This document shows positions 46,034 to 55,600 of a stretch of DNA of 64,000 nucleotides, piece by piece; the stretch's first letter is position 1; each line of letters opens with the position of its first letter. The notes below the pieces were generated by a model. The model saw only the letters and a list, made by a program, of their open reading frames with translations, was not told the origin of the DNA and searched no databases. Both the position numbers and the translations under genes were made by a program. The stretch lies in assembly GCA_963752955.1 (NCBI GenBank), contig CAVWAD010000007.1, positions 148,947 through 212,946 on the forward strand, read 5' to 3'. Origin of the DNA: an uncultured archaeon (GTDB taxonomy: Archaea > Micrarchaeota > Micrarchaeia > Micrarchaeales > CABMGC01).

Positions 46034-47314
46034 TCACTCCTTGAAAAGGTTTATCTCGGAACCCATATAGTAGAGCGTCTGGTTCTCGGCAAGCAGGTTC
46101 CGCGACACGTTTACGTTTATGACGTACGTGAATGGGGAACTCGGTTCGTATATGTACTCGCCGCCGGAGACGTTGCATGAAGTGCCGCCCGGGACGCCAC
46201 TCCTCAAGCTCTTGGAAGCGCCGATGAAAGAGGATATCGACTGTTGTATCGCAGACTGCGTCGGGTCGTCCACACCAGTCGAGTTGTAGTAGTGGAGGGT
46301 CCCGTAAAGGCTGTTCTTCGCCTGGAGGTACTGCGACAATGCCGCCGGATCGGCGGCGTAATAGCCGTTGCCGTCGTTTATCAGGGTGACTTCGGGCGCT
46401 TGCTCCGAGGCGCCGACGTCCGCGACGCTTACGAGGCCCACAGTCTCATTGCCGAGAGTGAGCTCTGACGCGCCGCTGCCGTTAATCGCCGCCCGCATGA
46501 TTCCGAATGGCGAGGAGAGCGAGAGAGAGAAACCGTACAGATAGCTTGCGGCGTCGCTTATTCCGCTCGTGCTGTAGCCCGTCGCCGCGGGCGCTATGCA
46601 GTAGGTGCTGGTGGTTGAAACTCCCTTCGTGTAGTAGCAATAGCCTGAGAAGACCATGTAGCCCCAGGTCGATGCCCCGCACTGCGTGGATATGGGAAGG
46701 GGGCTGCCCCAGAAATTGGTCTGCGTGCAGTAGTTCCACTCTGTAAGGTTGATGACTTGCGTTGGCGCCTCCAGCCCGTACTCGATCTTCTCAGTCCTGT
46801 TCGATATGTACGCGGAATAGGACATGACGGAAGAGTTGCCTGACGGCGCCGCGGCGTATGTGGAAAGGCTCTCGGAACCCGATTCTGTGGCGTTGCCGCA
46901 CGAGAGGGTGTACTGCACGTCTATCGTGTTGGGGCCCCGCATCAGGGGTTCGAAGGCCATTGACAGTACGGCTACGTCGGAGATGCCTGCCGAAGACCTG
47001 TTCTTGGAGAAGAAGACCGACGGGGAGCTTAGCGTCAGGTTCATCGTGCCGTGTGCGCAACCGTATGCAATCGCCTGCAGACTGCTGCCGGCATAACTCA
47101 TCGAATTGACCGGGACGTACACCGCAATCTGCGGGTTGTCAACTCCGGCCGCCTGGGGTGGCTGGCCGTAGTTGGTCGGCGTCGTGTTCGAGATTGCGCC
47201 GAGCAGGGTCCTCTGCACTGCCAGGTTCTTGCCGTACAGGGAGATCGCGCTAAGGCTTATGGCCGCGATCGCGCTCGTTATCAGTATGAACTCAAGGCTA
47301 GCTTGTGCTCTCAT
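46034..47314 (-). CDS. Large class III signal peptide protein (minor pilin/adhesin)
   Basis: MRA|QASLEFILI; Ser/Thr/Asn-rich, Cys pairs. Confidence 0.8.
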   Translation of the reverse strand: MRAQASLEFILITSAIAAISLSAISLYGKNLAVQRTLLGAISNTTPTNYGQPPQAAGVDNPQIAVYVPVNSMSYAGSSLQAIAYGCAHGTMNLTLSSPSVFFSKNRSSAGISDVAVLSMAFEPLMRGPNTIDVQYTLSCGNATESGSESLSTYAAAPSGNSSVMSYSAYISNRTEKIEYGLEAPTQVINLTEWNYCTQTNFWGSPLPISTQCGASTWGYMVFSGYCYYTKGVSTTSTYCIAPAATGYSTSGISDAASYLYGFSLSLSSPFGIMRAAINGSGASELTLGNETVGLVSVADVGASEQAPEVTLINDGNGYYAADPAALSQYLQAKNSLYGTLHYYNSTGVDDPTQSAIQQSISSFIGASKSLRSGVPGGTSCNVSGGEYIYEPSSPFTYVINVNVSRNLLAENQTLYYMGSEINLFKE

Positions 47315-47666
47315 TCGAAACCACCAACAGATAAGTCGCGCCCGAGACCGTCACGAACCTGCACACGGCCAGGGGGAAATGACACTCGGTGAGGTTGCCC
47401 AGCGCATCGAGCCGGGACCTGAGACCGCGCACGCTCGCGATCTGGCCGGAGACCGATGCGGCGCCGGAGAAGCTCATGTTGGACGAACCGAGAGATGTTG
47501 CGATCTCTTGCGAGGCGGAAATTACTTCCATGGACCGGTTCTGATATTCCGCCAAGCCAAGAATGTAGGACTGCGAGGTGCGCACGCTCGCGAGGAGCAG
47601 CAGGATGCCCATCGAGGCCATGGCTGACGCGACGAGCAGATCAAGGGACACTATCACGGCTTTCAT
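47298..47666 (-). CDS. Pilin-like protein
   Basis: MKA|VIVSLDLLVAS hydrophobic N-terminus. Confidence 0.65.
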   Translation of the reverse strand: MKAVIVSLDLLVASAMASMGILLLLASVRTSQSYILGLAEYQNRSMEVISASQEIATSLGSSNMSFSGAASVSGQIASVRGLRSRLDALGNLTECHFPLAVCRFVTVSGATYLLVVSNESTS

Positions 47667-47720
47667 CGTACCACTCGGAGTATGCCGCGACTTCAGGGCT
47701 CGGAAAGCGGACATGATCCA

Positions 47721-47924
47721 TCAGCCGTCTATCTGGCCGGACAGCTCCAGCTTCGTTATCTCGCACTTGGGCGCTGCCGACCTCGGCCGGAGTTTCTCCG
47801 CCTTTTCGCATGCCTCCGCAAACGTCTCCGCAAGTATGGTCTTGCTCTCCCGCACGTTCTTTATCTCCCCGTCCTCTAAGTCACTGTAGTCCACGTTCCA
47901 GATTTTTTGCCTCATGTTATTCAA
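47721..47924 (-). CDS. Small soluble hypothetical protein within the pilus operon
   Basis: 67 aa ORF with no signal peptide. Confidence 0.45.
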   Translation of the reverse strand: MNNMRQKIWNVDYSDLEDGEIKNVRESKTILAETFAEACEKAEKLRPRSAAPKCEITKLELSGQIDG

Positions 47925-47968
47925 CTCTTTTATCGTATTGCGCGGGCTCGGCCCGCGGATGACGCCAT

Positions 47969-48166
47969 TTAGCCCCCTCCTGCGCCGAGCGCCGTCAGCA
48001 TCCCCCTCGTATCGCAGTTGACGCTGTTCGCCACGCCGGCAAGGGCGTGCTCGTTATTGGCAAACAGGGCGGCCGCGCTAGAAGCGAACGCAGAGAGGAA
48101 AAGGGCCAGGGCCAGCGCTATCAGCATGCCCGCCATGATCTCTAAGCTGATCTGCGACCTCATCAT
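47969..48166 (-). CDS. Class III signal peptide pilin
   Basis: MMRS|QISLEIMAGMLIALAL. Confidence 0.75.
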   Translation of the reverse strand: MMRSQISLEIMAGMLIALALALFLSAFASSAAALFANNEHALAGVANSVNCDTRGMLTALGAGGG

Positions 48167-48543
48167 ACGCGCACCAGGTATGTTCCGGTCTCGTTGTAGG
48201 ACAGTTCGAAGTGCGCCGATGAGTCGTCGGGGCAGAGAGGCCTGCCGGAGAGCGCCAGCGGCTCCGCGAGGTACAGCCTGGCGCCGCCGTAGAGCAGCTC
48301 GGCGCCCGAGACCGTGGAATTGCACATTCCCCGCGGCACGAAGAGGACAAACCTGCTCGTGCCTGCGCCGACCAGCTCCGCGTTCAGCGAGCCAACGAAC
48401 TGCAGCGCCTCGAACGCGCTCACGCTGCTGCCGATCCTTGCGGATTCCCTTGCGGCGACGCCCAGGGCGAAGACGAAAGAGAGCCCGGCCAGCGACGCGT
48501 AGAGCATCAGCTCTAGCGACATCTGCGACCTCAGTTCACGCAC
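48163..48543 (-). CDS. Class III signal peptide pilin
   Basis: LRS|QMSLELMLYASLAGL. Confidence 0.75.
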   Translation of the reverse strand: MRELRSQMSLELMLYASLAGLSFVFALGVAARESARIGSSVSAFEALQFVGSLNAELVGAGTSRFVLFVPRGMCNSTVSGAELLYGGARLYLAEPLALSGRPLCPDDSSAHFELSYNETGTYLVRV

Positions 48544-48799
48544 CCCCCGATGTCAGGGAGCCGAGCTCCTTCGATATGGCCTGGGACACGCTCATGTTCG
48601 TGCCGTTCACCGATATGGTGCTCACGACCGCCCCCTTCAGCTTTATGACCATCGCCAGCGCCAGAACTATCACGATGCTCGCGGCGGAGATCATCATTAT
48701 GTACTCCAGCGAGCTCTGCGCCTTCCTGCTCTCCGCCAGGGCAAAAAGCGCCATGGCGTTGGGCGGTACCAGTCCTCTTATTCTCTCGACTAACTCCAT
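48536..48799 (-). CDS. Class III signal peptide pilin (candidate major pilin)
   Basis: RKA|QSSLEYIMMISAASIVIVLALAMV; short mature domain. Confidence 0.8.
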   Translation of the reverse strand: MELVERIRGLVPPNAMALFALAESRKAQSSLEYIMMISAASIVIVLALAMVIKLKGAVVSTISVNGTNMSVSQAISKELGSLTSGGA

Positions 48800-48808
48800 C
48801 CATTCACC

Positions 48809-49468
48809 TCATAATACATGCAGCAGAATCTGCGGGACGAACAGCATGATGCAGAACGCGACGGCCATGCAGGGCGCGACCGAAAGCGCATTGCGGATTG
48901 GCGAGCTCTCCGGATGCGCGAACGAAGCCGAGAGGAACAGTACGATGGGCACGTAGGCCGCGCAGAGAAGCGCGAAACCCGAAGGCACTCCCCCGGCGCT
49001 CCCGAACAGGCCGAGGGAACTGTTTAAGATCACGGCGCTTATGCTGCTGAAGAGCGGGAAGAAAACGCCCATCCCCATGTAGGTCAGGGCCTGCGCGCCT
49101 CCCGTCTTTGTCCTGAGCCTGTTCCTGAGGGAGATCTCGCCCTCCAGCCTCCTGACGAACATCTCAAGGGCCTCGTCCACCGCGGTACCGTTCTCTATGC
49201 CGAACGCCACTATCGAGAAGAGCTCCGCCAGGTAGGCGTTGGGGAGGGCCGAGAGGTCCGACCTGGCCAATGCCTGTGAGACCTTAAGCCTGTTTGCCAC
49301 GGCGCGCGCTCCGTCCGGCAGCGCGCGAGACTTCGCGACTGTTCCGAGCGCCCTCAGCAGCGACTTCGATCGCCGATACTCCGACAGCAGGTCCTTCGCC
49401 AGGGCGGCGACTTCGGCGTCCTTCACGGCTCGCGTGCGCAAGCGGACTGCTGGCCTGGGGCTAAGCAT
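48809..49468 (-). CDS. TadC/T2SS-F-like platform protein
   Basis: Helical domain (FGIENG...EAL) followed by 3 TMs with FFP. Confidence 0.65.
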   Translation of the reverse strand: MLSPRPAVRLRTRAVKDAEVAALAKDLLSEYRRSKSLLRALGTVAKSRALPDGARAVANRLKVSQALARSDLSALPNAYLAELFSIVAFGIENGTAVDEALEMFVRRLEGEISLRNRLRTKTGGAQALTYMGMGVFFPLFSSISAVILNSSLGLFGSAGGVPSGFALLCAAYVPIVLFLSASFAHPESSPIRNALSVAPCMAVAFCIMLFVPQILLHVL

Positions 49469-50147
49469 ACAATCTCCTCGACAGCAGGGAATTCCCCACG
49501 GCGTACGCCAGGGGTATGAGGATGAGCATCGAGACGGAGAAGGGCAGCAGGTTGAAGCTGGCCTGCGACAGTATCGCGGTCCCTATGAAAGCGAAGACCA
49601 GAAACGAGGGCACTATCGTCGATATGAACATGCTTATGGTGGCGTACCGCTGCGACGAGTCCTCTGCCACGGAACGCTTCTCGCTCAGGCGCAGCTCGTG
49701 GGCGGAGAGCGCCCCCCGCACTTGCCTGAGATCTTCGGCGCCCGCGAGACGCAGGTTCTTTAGCAGGACCTCGTCCCTGAATTCCCCCGCCCGCGCGATG
49801 CCGGAGATGAAGTCATCGCCGAGCTTCAGGCCCCTGGACGCGCGGTCTACTATCCGCTTCAGGTCGTGCGAGGAGGTGCTCTGGGCCGCCTTGTCCGTGG
49901 CCCTGAGGTAAGAGCCCTTCCTGGACTTGTAATATATCACCTTGTAAAAGAACTCCGCGAGGCCCTCCTCCAGCTTCTTCTTCCTGTAGACCTTCGCGTT
50001 CGCCTCGAGAAGGATGCGCACGGCAATGACGAAGAAGAGGGATAGGGATGCAAAGAGCAGGGCGAGCGGCAGGCCCGATCCGTTTGCCGCCACCAGGACC
50101 AGGAGTATCGAAGAGAATGCCAGGAAGGGGGCGATTACCTTTGCCAT
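49461..50147 (-). CDS. TadB/T2SS-F-like platform protein
   Basis: N-terminal TMs, helical domain (LKLGDDF), C-terminal TMs with IVPSF. Confidence 0.65.
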   Translation of the reverse strand: MAKVIAPFLAFSSILLVLVAANGSGLPLALLFASLSLFFVIAVRILLEANAKVYRKKKLEEGLAEFFYKVIYYKSRKGSYLRATDKAAQSTSSHDLKRIVDRASRGLKLGDDFISGIARAGEFRDEVLLKNLRLAGAEDLRQVRGALSAHELRLSEKRSVAEDSSQRYATISMFISTIVPSFLVFAFIGTAILSQASFNLLPFSVSMLILIPLAYAVGNSLLSRRLYA

Positions 50148-50187
50148 CCGGTCCCTGCCGAGGCCCGCCCGGGATCTTGATGGTAGA

Positions 50188-51717
50188 CTACCATCCATAG
50201 CCCTGCACCTTGTCCATCAGTTCGTCCGAACTCTTGCAGCTCTCGCACGCCTCCTTCAGGAACGCCGACCTCTTCTCGAATTCCTTGAGCGCGAGCCTCC
50301 TCGACAGCCCGGTCTTCCTTGAGAACGCTTCAATTACCTTCGAGCCCGCGAGCGCGCCGCGGTCCAGCACTCCTCCCGCGACCACGTTCGCTACGTCCAC
50401 CGCGTCCCCGTCGCCCACCTGCGCGTCTATCCTTTCCGTCTCCGCGCGGCTGAGCCACCTGTACTCGTAGACCTCGGAGAGCATCCTCTTCGTGATGTCC
50501 GTCTGGCGCATGTACAGGGCGACGTCGAGCATGCTCAGCGACCTGCTCTCCACGCCCATCGGCCTGACAATCAGCTTCTTCACTATGTCCATCCCGCCCG
50601 AGTTGCTGTGCATCGTCGTTATGAAGGGTATGCCCAGGTTGGCGCTCGAGAAGAGCTCCCTCGTCTCCTCGCCCCGAACCTCCCCCACCACCAGCCTGCT
50701 GGGCCTCATCCTCAGCGCGTTTATCACCTGCTCGCGCGTGGTGACCCCGCCGTAGCGCGACCCGTATAGCTCCACGGTGTTGGTTACGTCCATCCTGGCC
50801 TTGAGCTCGTTTATGTCCTCCTCTATCGTGACCATCTTCTCGAAGCGCGGGATGAGGAAGAACAGCGCGCTCAGGAGAGTGGTCTTCCCGCTCGCCGGCG
50901 CGCCGGCTATGATTATGTTCCTCCCCGATTCTATCGCGAGCCACGCGTAGGCGAGGACGTCGAAGGAGGTCGTGCCCTTCCTTATCAGGTAGTCCGGGCC
51001 AACCACCTTGCCGTTCCCCAGCCTTATCGATGCGACCGCGCCGCTGAGCGCGTAGGGCTTCAGCTGCGCGTGGATCCTCGCGTCCTCCACCTGCGCGTCT
51101 ATTATCGGGGAATCGTCGCTGAGCTCCTTGTCGGTGTCGTACAGCAGCCTGTTCATGCTGTGCCTGAAGCTCCGCTCGCTGCGGAACCGGAGGTTCGTGA
51201 CGCACCTTCCGTACTTGACGTGGTAGACGTTTATCGGCGCGCGCGGGGAGTTGACTTCTATCTCCTCGATACTACGCCTGTCCTCCAGAAGCACGCTGAT
51301 GGGGCCGTAGCCCACGGTGTCGTGCGCGACGAGGTATGCGAGATAGTCGGCGCGCGCGCCGGCGGCGCGCAGCGAGATCTCCCGCGAAGCTATCTCCCTG
51401 GCCCTGCCGAACGAGCTGATATCCGCCTCCACGGCGGATTGCGACAGTTCCTCGATCACGGACGCCTTGGAGATTTCCATGAGCCTCGCCTCGGCGCCCG
51501 TGATCCTGTCCATGCCGCTCCCGAGGACGTATGCGAACTCCGCGCCCCTCCTCGCTATCCCCCTGGGAATCGCCCCGTCGAACCGCTCCACGCACTCCGT
51601 GGCTTCCGGGGCGTCGAGGGCGAACCCGAGCTCGGCCGCTCTGGGCTCGGCCGGGGAGGGCTGGCGCTCGGCAATCCTATTTATCAAAGTATTTAATCTT
51701 TTACCTAAGTAAAACAT
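50188..51717 (-). CDS. Type IV pilus assembly ATPase (TadA/VirB11/ArlI family)
   Basis: GYGPI..LLED..IEEI, Walker A GAPASGKTT, TIEE..EL, LRMRP.RLVVGEVRG.E, TTMH. Confidence 0.92.
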   Translation of the reverse strand: MFYLGKRLNTLINRIAERQPSPAEPRAAELGFALDAPEATECVERFDGAIPRGIARRGAEFAYVLGSGMDRITGAEARLMEISKASVIEELSQSAVEADISSFGRAREIASREISLRAAGARADYLAYLVAHDTVGYGPISVLLEDRRSIEEIEVNSPRAPINVYHVKYGRCVTNLRFRSERSFRHSMNRLLYDTDKELSDDSPIIDAQVEDARIHAQLKPYALSGAVASIRLGNGKVVGPDYLIRKGTTSFDVLAYAWLAIESGRNIIIAGAPASGKTTLLSALFFLIPRFEKMVTIEEDINELKARMDVTNTVELYGSRYGGVTTREQVINALRMRPSRLVVGEVRGEETRELFSSANLGIPFITTMHSNSGGMDIVKKLIVRPMGVESRSLSMLDVALYMRQTDITKRMLSEVYEYRWLSRAETERIDAQVGDGDAVDVANVVAGGVLDRGALAGSKVIEAFSRKTGLSRRLALKEFEKRSAFLKEACESCKSSDELMDKVQGYGW

Positions 51718-51860
51718 GTTGTAATATACTGCGGCAGAAGATTATTATACCTTCCTGCGCGCTGGATATGGAGGCGCGCCAAGTTTTATCGCGGTGTGGA
51801 ATCGCGCCACGACGTAAAGTTCGGATATGTTTATATAAGTTAGCGTCGTAAATAAACAAC

Positions 51861-52196
51861 ATGGCAAGAAAGGAAAGGGGGGAGGACGAGATCTGGATGC
51901 TGAGGAAGCTCATGAGCAGGCCCAACTTTGCGGTCCTGAAGCTCCTCATGGCCAAGTCCCCGAGGACCACCAGGGAGCTCTACGTCGTACTGGGCAAGAG
52001 CTTCACCAGGAAGACGCTCATAATCACCTTGAGAAACCTCTCCATGAACCTCAACGTGCTCCAGCCGACGCACATAAGGACGGAGCACGGGTACGACCTG
52101 GGCTACGGGATCAACCCGAAGCTGAAGGAGGTAATAAAGCTCATCGAGAAGTGCGAGGGCATGGTCAGGAGCGCCTCGCAGAGCCCGAAGAACTGA
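51861..52196 (+). CDS. Winged-helix DNA-binding protein
   Basis: VLKLL..KSPRTTRELY..L....TRKTL...LRNL pattern; divergent from the pilus operon. Confidence 0.6.
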   Translation: MARKERGEDEIWMLRKLMSRPNFAVLKLLMAKSPRTTRELYVVLGKSFTRKTLIITLRNLSMNLNVLQPTHIRTEHGYDLGYGINPKLKEVIKLIEKCEGMVRSASQSPKN

Positions 52197-52224
52197 TCCT
52201 GAAAGGAGGATGAGCGCTGCATGT

Positions 52225-52599
52225 TCAGCGCAATCTCTTATTCATTCTGATATTGTTTATTATTTCTGTAATGTCTCCGTCTGCTTTCCACAAAGTGAAC
52301 GAGTCCTCGCTGCCGTTCGTATTGGAATGGATGTGGAATTGAAGGGGAGGGATGTCTAGCACATCGGCCTCATTCAGCTTTACGACCCTGAACGAGTCCC
52401 CATCGAAGAGCTTCACCTCGCAGCTTCCCTTCATCTGCATCAGGTGTTCCAAGACGGGCCTGTTGTGCTTCGCCAGTTCCTTCCCGGGCATTATCCGCAT
52501 ATATCCCGTGCTGAATTCCCTGCTGGAATGCGAGATGCCTATATTGCCCTCCGCCAGCTCATAAAGCTCAAACGCGCCCTGACTCTGTATTTCTGCCAT
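52225..52599 (-). CDS. Cupin-domain protein
   Basis: PGKEL.KH.R...E.L.Q.KG...D.L.IPP.QFHIHSN. Confidence 0.75.
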   Translation of the reverse strand: MAEIQSQGAFELYELAEGNIGISHSSREFSTGYMRIMPGKELAKHNRPVLEHLMQMKGSCEVKLFDGDSFRVVKLNEADVLDIPPLQFHIHSNTNGSEDSFTLWKADGDITEIINNIRMNKRLR

Positions 52600-52604
52600 G
52601 ATCA

Positions 52605-55600
52605 CTAGCACTTCGTGTACCCGCAGTTCTTGCAGGTGTAGCAGCCGCTCTCGTAGACGAGCATGTTCTCGCCGCACTCGCTGCACTTCGCGGGCTTCAC
52701 CTCCCTCTTGTCGTCCGGGGCCTTGGCGACGCCGAGCTGACGTCCGTCGCCCGAATCCTTCCCGTGCTCGGAGAGCGGGGAGGTCTTGAAGTTTATTATT
52801 CCCAGGGTTATCTCCAGGGCCTTCGCGATCGCGTCTGGCACGCTGTAGAGCTTCAGGCCGCGGTCGTACGACAGGGAGTCGGTCGCGCGTATCCCCTTCA
52901 GGCTCTCTATGACCGCCTTGACATCGCCGTCGGCCTGCAGGTACTTGCTTATCAGTCTGCCTATCGCCTCGGCGTAGCTCTTCTCCTGGCTGCCTGTGTT
53001 GCCCAGGTTTATGAAGACCTCCCTGATCTTCGCCTCCTCGTCGAAGCTCGACGTCACATACAGGGACTCCTGCTGCATCCTAAGCTTGACGGTCTTGCCT
53101 ATCAGCGCGATGGGCCTCTTCCATTTCTCCCTTGGGCCTGAGGGCTTCTTCTCCTGCGCCTTCTCCTTCTCATCGGTTATCAGGATGCCCTGCCGCGATC
53201 CCTCCCTGTAGACGGTTATGCCCTTGCATTTCTCCTTCCAGGCGGAGAGGTATATCTCGCCCACCTGCTCGGTCGTCGTGTCCGCGGGAAGGTTGACCGT
53301 CGAGGATATGGCGCTGTCTACGTGCTTCTGTATCGTCCCCTGCATCCTGACCCTGAAGTCGGCGTTGATCTTGTGCGCGGGCACGAAGAACTCCGGCAGC
53401 TTCGTGTCGTCCATCAGGCCGGATATGGCCATGTACTCGTGCACCAGCGGGTGGTAGACCTTGAAGTACTCCTTGCTCAGCGACTCAGACCTGCGGGTGT
53501 AGTTGAACGCGAAGATCGGCTCTATGCCGCTTGACGTGCCGGCGAGCACGGACCCGCTCCCCACCGGCGCCACGGTGAGCAGGGCGACGTTCCTCAGGCC
53601 GTTCTTCGCTATCTTCTGCCTCACGCCATCGCTGAGCTTCTGCACGAACGCCATCGAGAGGTGCTTGTCCCTGTCGAAGAGCGGGAACGGCCCCTTCTCC
53701 TTGGCGATCTCCGTGCTCTCGTCGTAGGAGGTGTTCTTTATCATCTCGAAGAGCCTCTCCGCGAACTGCATCGCCTCGTCGCTGTCGTACTTCATCCTCA
53801 GCTTCGCCAGCATGTCCGCGAGGCCCGTGACCCCGAGGCCGATCCTCCTGCTCTTGCCTACCGCCTCCTTCTGCGCTGGGAGCGGGTGCTTGTCCGCGTT
53901 GTAGTCGAGCACGTTGTCGAGGAACCTGACCGAGTAGCGCACCGCCTTCTCCAGCGACGCCCAGTCCATCCTTGCATTGTCGGTGAACGAGTCCAGCACG
54001 AACACAGGCAGGTTTATCGCTCCTAGGTCGCAGGCGCCGTAGGCCTGGAGAGGCTGTTCTGAGCAGTTGTGCACGATAAATCCATTCGCGACGAACGAAT
54101 GTGTAGACGTCGTGCAGTCGTAGACGGTCTGCCTTCCGAGATATCTAATCCTGGTTATTGGGGTCTCTATGTGTGTGTCGTCTACCCAGTCGTATTTGCT
54201 GCTTTCATTCCTATGGCAGCTTCGTCTTTTCCTTTCTATTATCCTGCTAAGAGCCTCCTGGTGCTTGGTCGATACAAACCCTATCTCTTTAGCATACCTC
54301 TGGAGGCTTAAGATATCCCTTATTGTAAGGACATGAATGTCCGCGCGCGGCGCTGCTCTTTTAGAAATCCTGAGTTGGGCTATGATCCCGAACTTGAGCA
54401 GCAGTTGCTGTACGGTAAGGATAAGATCGTACGATATGCTGTCCAGAGTCACGCAGTTGTCCACGCAGGTGCCGTCCCCTTCGAATACTCTCTTAAGGAA
54501 GGATGCAACCACTGATTTCGGCGATTTCCTGATCTGCATCGGAACGGTTATCTCTTCATGGCCGACGCCTATGCCGAAATACTCTATGAACTCCTTGAGG
54601 TTCTGGCCGCTGACGGTCCAGTCCTTTACCTTCTTGCTCTTGCGCCACGCTCCGCCTCCTGCCTCGATGCCGAAGCTGGCTTTTATCACGGCCCTTATGT
54701 CTGAGTCCTCTTCGTTGTTGATGGAAATTATCCCCATACGGTATTCAAATCCGCCCCTTAGCCTGTTGTCCTTTTTCCTCTTGTAAGGAAGGGCGGTCCC
54801 GTCGCTGACCATCCAGCCAAGCAGGGCTGCCAAGGGTTCATCGAGAACTCGCGGAAAGACAAACACGTTTCTTTTATGGCCTTCCGTGCTTTCCGACTGC
54901 GCGAACTTGGGAAGGGGAACGTACGCGGCCGGGAACAGTCCTTCCTTCACGGACATCAGAATTCGGCTTCCTTTGTCAAGTTTCTCGACCGGCATCCATT
55001 CATACTCCTTGAAAAGCCTGGCCTTCTCAGTAGCCCTCGCATATATCTTCCTTATTGGTTTGGGACTCTTCCTTTCGTAGACCTTGTCTGTCTCGACAAG
55101 GCCCTTCTGTTTCAGGAACTTTAGTAGAGTGTAGATGACCTTCACGCTACTGAAGCCAGATTCTTCTTTTATCTGGATTGCGGATTTGCGCTGGCCGTCC
55201 TTTAAGACATCCATTACGCGCCTTTCCCCTTGCATCAGATCGAAGCCTTCGCCGCCCTTTACGAGATGGTTCAGCGTAGCGTCAAGATGATAGCCCAGCG
55301 CGGTCTCAATCCGGTATACGTCCTTCTCCCCGGTAATCCACACCTTTTCCGCGACCGCCGCGCCTGCTGAGTCGGCGACAGCGAAATCCCGCTTTGTCTC
55401 CAACTCACTCAGGTGACTCAGGCCATGCTGGGTCTGCAGGAACGTCGATGCGCTAAGGCACGGATTTGTAGTTATCACCTCCATCCCGTTGTACTCGCTA
55501 GGCGAGTTCTTCTTGATCGTGTCCCAGAACATCAGGCCGGGCTCGGCCCAGTCCCTGGCCGACTGTATGAGCTCGTTCCATAGCTCCCTCGCCCTTATCT

